Assembly: GCA_035510465.1 (NCBI GenBank)
Contig: DATKHC010000008.1
Span: 1,315-65,314 of the forward strand
DNA from: Candidatus Saccharimonadales bacterium
GTDB lineage: Bacteria; Patescibacteriota; Saccharimonadia; Saccharimonadales; DATKHC01
Direction: 5' to 3'
Length of the DNA stretch: 64,000 nucleotides
This document shows positions 63,589 to 64,000 of the stretch, in pieces. Within the stretch, counting starts at the first letter, position 1. Every line of letters starts with the position of its first letter. The translations under genes and the position numbers were made by a program. Under the pieces are notes generated by a model. It was not told the origin of the DNA. It made no database searches and worked only from the letters and a program-made list of their open reading frames with translations.

Positions 63589-63974
63589 AACGCTCGTTTA
63601 TAGATGCCAACGTCTTGATAGAAGTCTTGATGAATAGACTGCTTTCTGCGCAATGCCTAGAAATACTAAATGACACCTCGAGACAGTATGGGATTAGTGT
63701 CCTAACTGTCCATATCGTGTGGTATATAGCTGAAAAATATAAATTGGAGCAAGCTAAAGTTGATGATATGTTGTCACCTTGGGAAGTCTTGCCTATTAGT
63801 GGGGCCACTATAAAAGCTGCACGCGGTAGATATGATGGTAAGGATTTCGAGGATTGCATACAAGCTGTTTGTGCCGAGGAGGGTGAATATGACGAGATTG
63901 TCACGATCGACAAAAACTTCCAGAAGCATAGCGACACGAAACTCCACGTTTCTGTAGTATCACAATCTTCTTAA
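63585..63974 (+). CDS. vapC: PIN-domain toxin (VapC-like)
   Basis: FIDANVLIE (first acidic residue) and DFEDCIQ, 129 aa. Downstream of an antitoxin-like gene. Confidence 0.75.
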   Translation: MKRSFIDANVLIEVLMNRLLSAQCLEILNDTSRQYGISVLTVHIVWYIAEKYKLEQAKVDDMLSPWEVLPISGATIKAARGRYDGKDFEDCIQAVCAEEGEYDEIVTIDKNFQKHSDTKLHVSVVSQSS

Positions 63975-64000
63975 GAAAAAGATGGAGGCTTTGGGCTTTA

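Noticed and set aside
63539-63937. 132-aa reverse ORF antisense to the VapC-like gene.
   Set aside because: The + strand frame has PIN-domain acidic landmarks and ATGA coupling to the antitoxin, while the antisense frame has no motif.
1-64000. Searched by eye for CRISPR arrays, rRNA genes, tmRNA/RNase P/SRP RNA, reverse transcriptase/DGR template-variable repeat pairs, restriction-modification systems and known defence operons.
   Set aside because: There are no regularly spaced direct repeats, no RT or Cas-like ORFs, and no long near-identical repeat pairs. A manual scan cannot exclude short or diverged structured RNAs, so Infernal/Rfam and a self-dot-plot would be decisive.

Overview
Gene-dense, moderately AT-rich bacterial chromosome segment that reads cleanly in the standard code (long ORFs are not interrupted by TGA). 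About 90% is housekeeping: pheST, trxB, ppa, a gap-rpiB-rpe-tkt(split)-fba-pfkB carbon block, uvrB, gatC-gatA-X-gatB, dnaE, rplS-rnhB, pepN, nusA, clpC-X-radA-PIN/TRAM, a class A PBP, tyrS, recG and two tRNAs. Several traits point to a small-genome Gram-positive-like lineage, most consistent with a CPR/Patescibacteria (Saccharibacteria-like) organism; this is inference only. The traits are very tight packing (ATGA start/stop overlaps, convergent genes sharing stop codons), a split transketolase, GatCAB with a U1:A72 tRNA-Gln, membrane-tethered FKBP and CAP proteins, low-complexity tails on GAPDH and L19, and a lone type IV pilus-type ATPase. Accessory content is small: a solitary IS1595-type transposase with three small or secreted hypotheticals and a ~0.5 kb AT-rich spacer (20.1-22.8 kb), a VapBC pair next to tRNA-Leu at the right edge, and a short dispersed repeat family. 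I found no CRISPR array, rRNA, reverse transcriptase or classical defence operon. The most notable signals are regulatory or small. They are a CTGT-N8-ACAG SOS-box-like palindrome on the uvrB -10 element beside an untracked 58-aa zinc-ribbon ORF, and a perfect CIRCE operator in front of clpC. Others are a promoter-proximal terminator in the nusA leader, an RNase HII gene with no canonical start codon, a TyrRS whose HIGH motif reads TIGN, an orphan GS/GCS2-fold ligase-like protein, and an LPFTG-tailed protein without a signal peptide. All functional calls come from motif recognition by eye; no searches were run.
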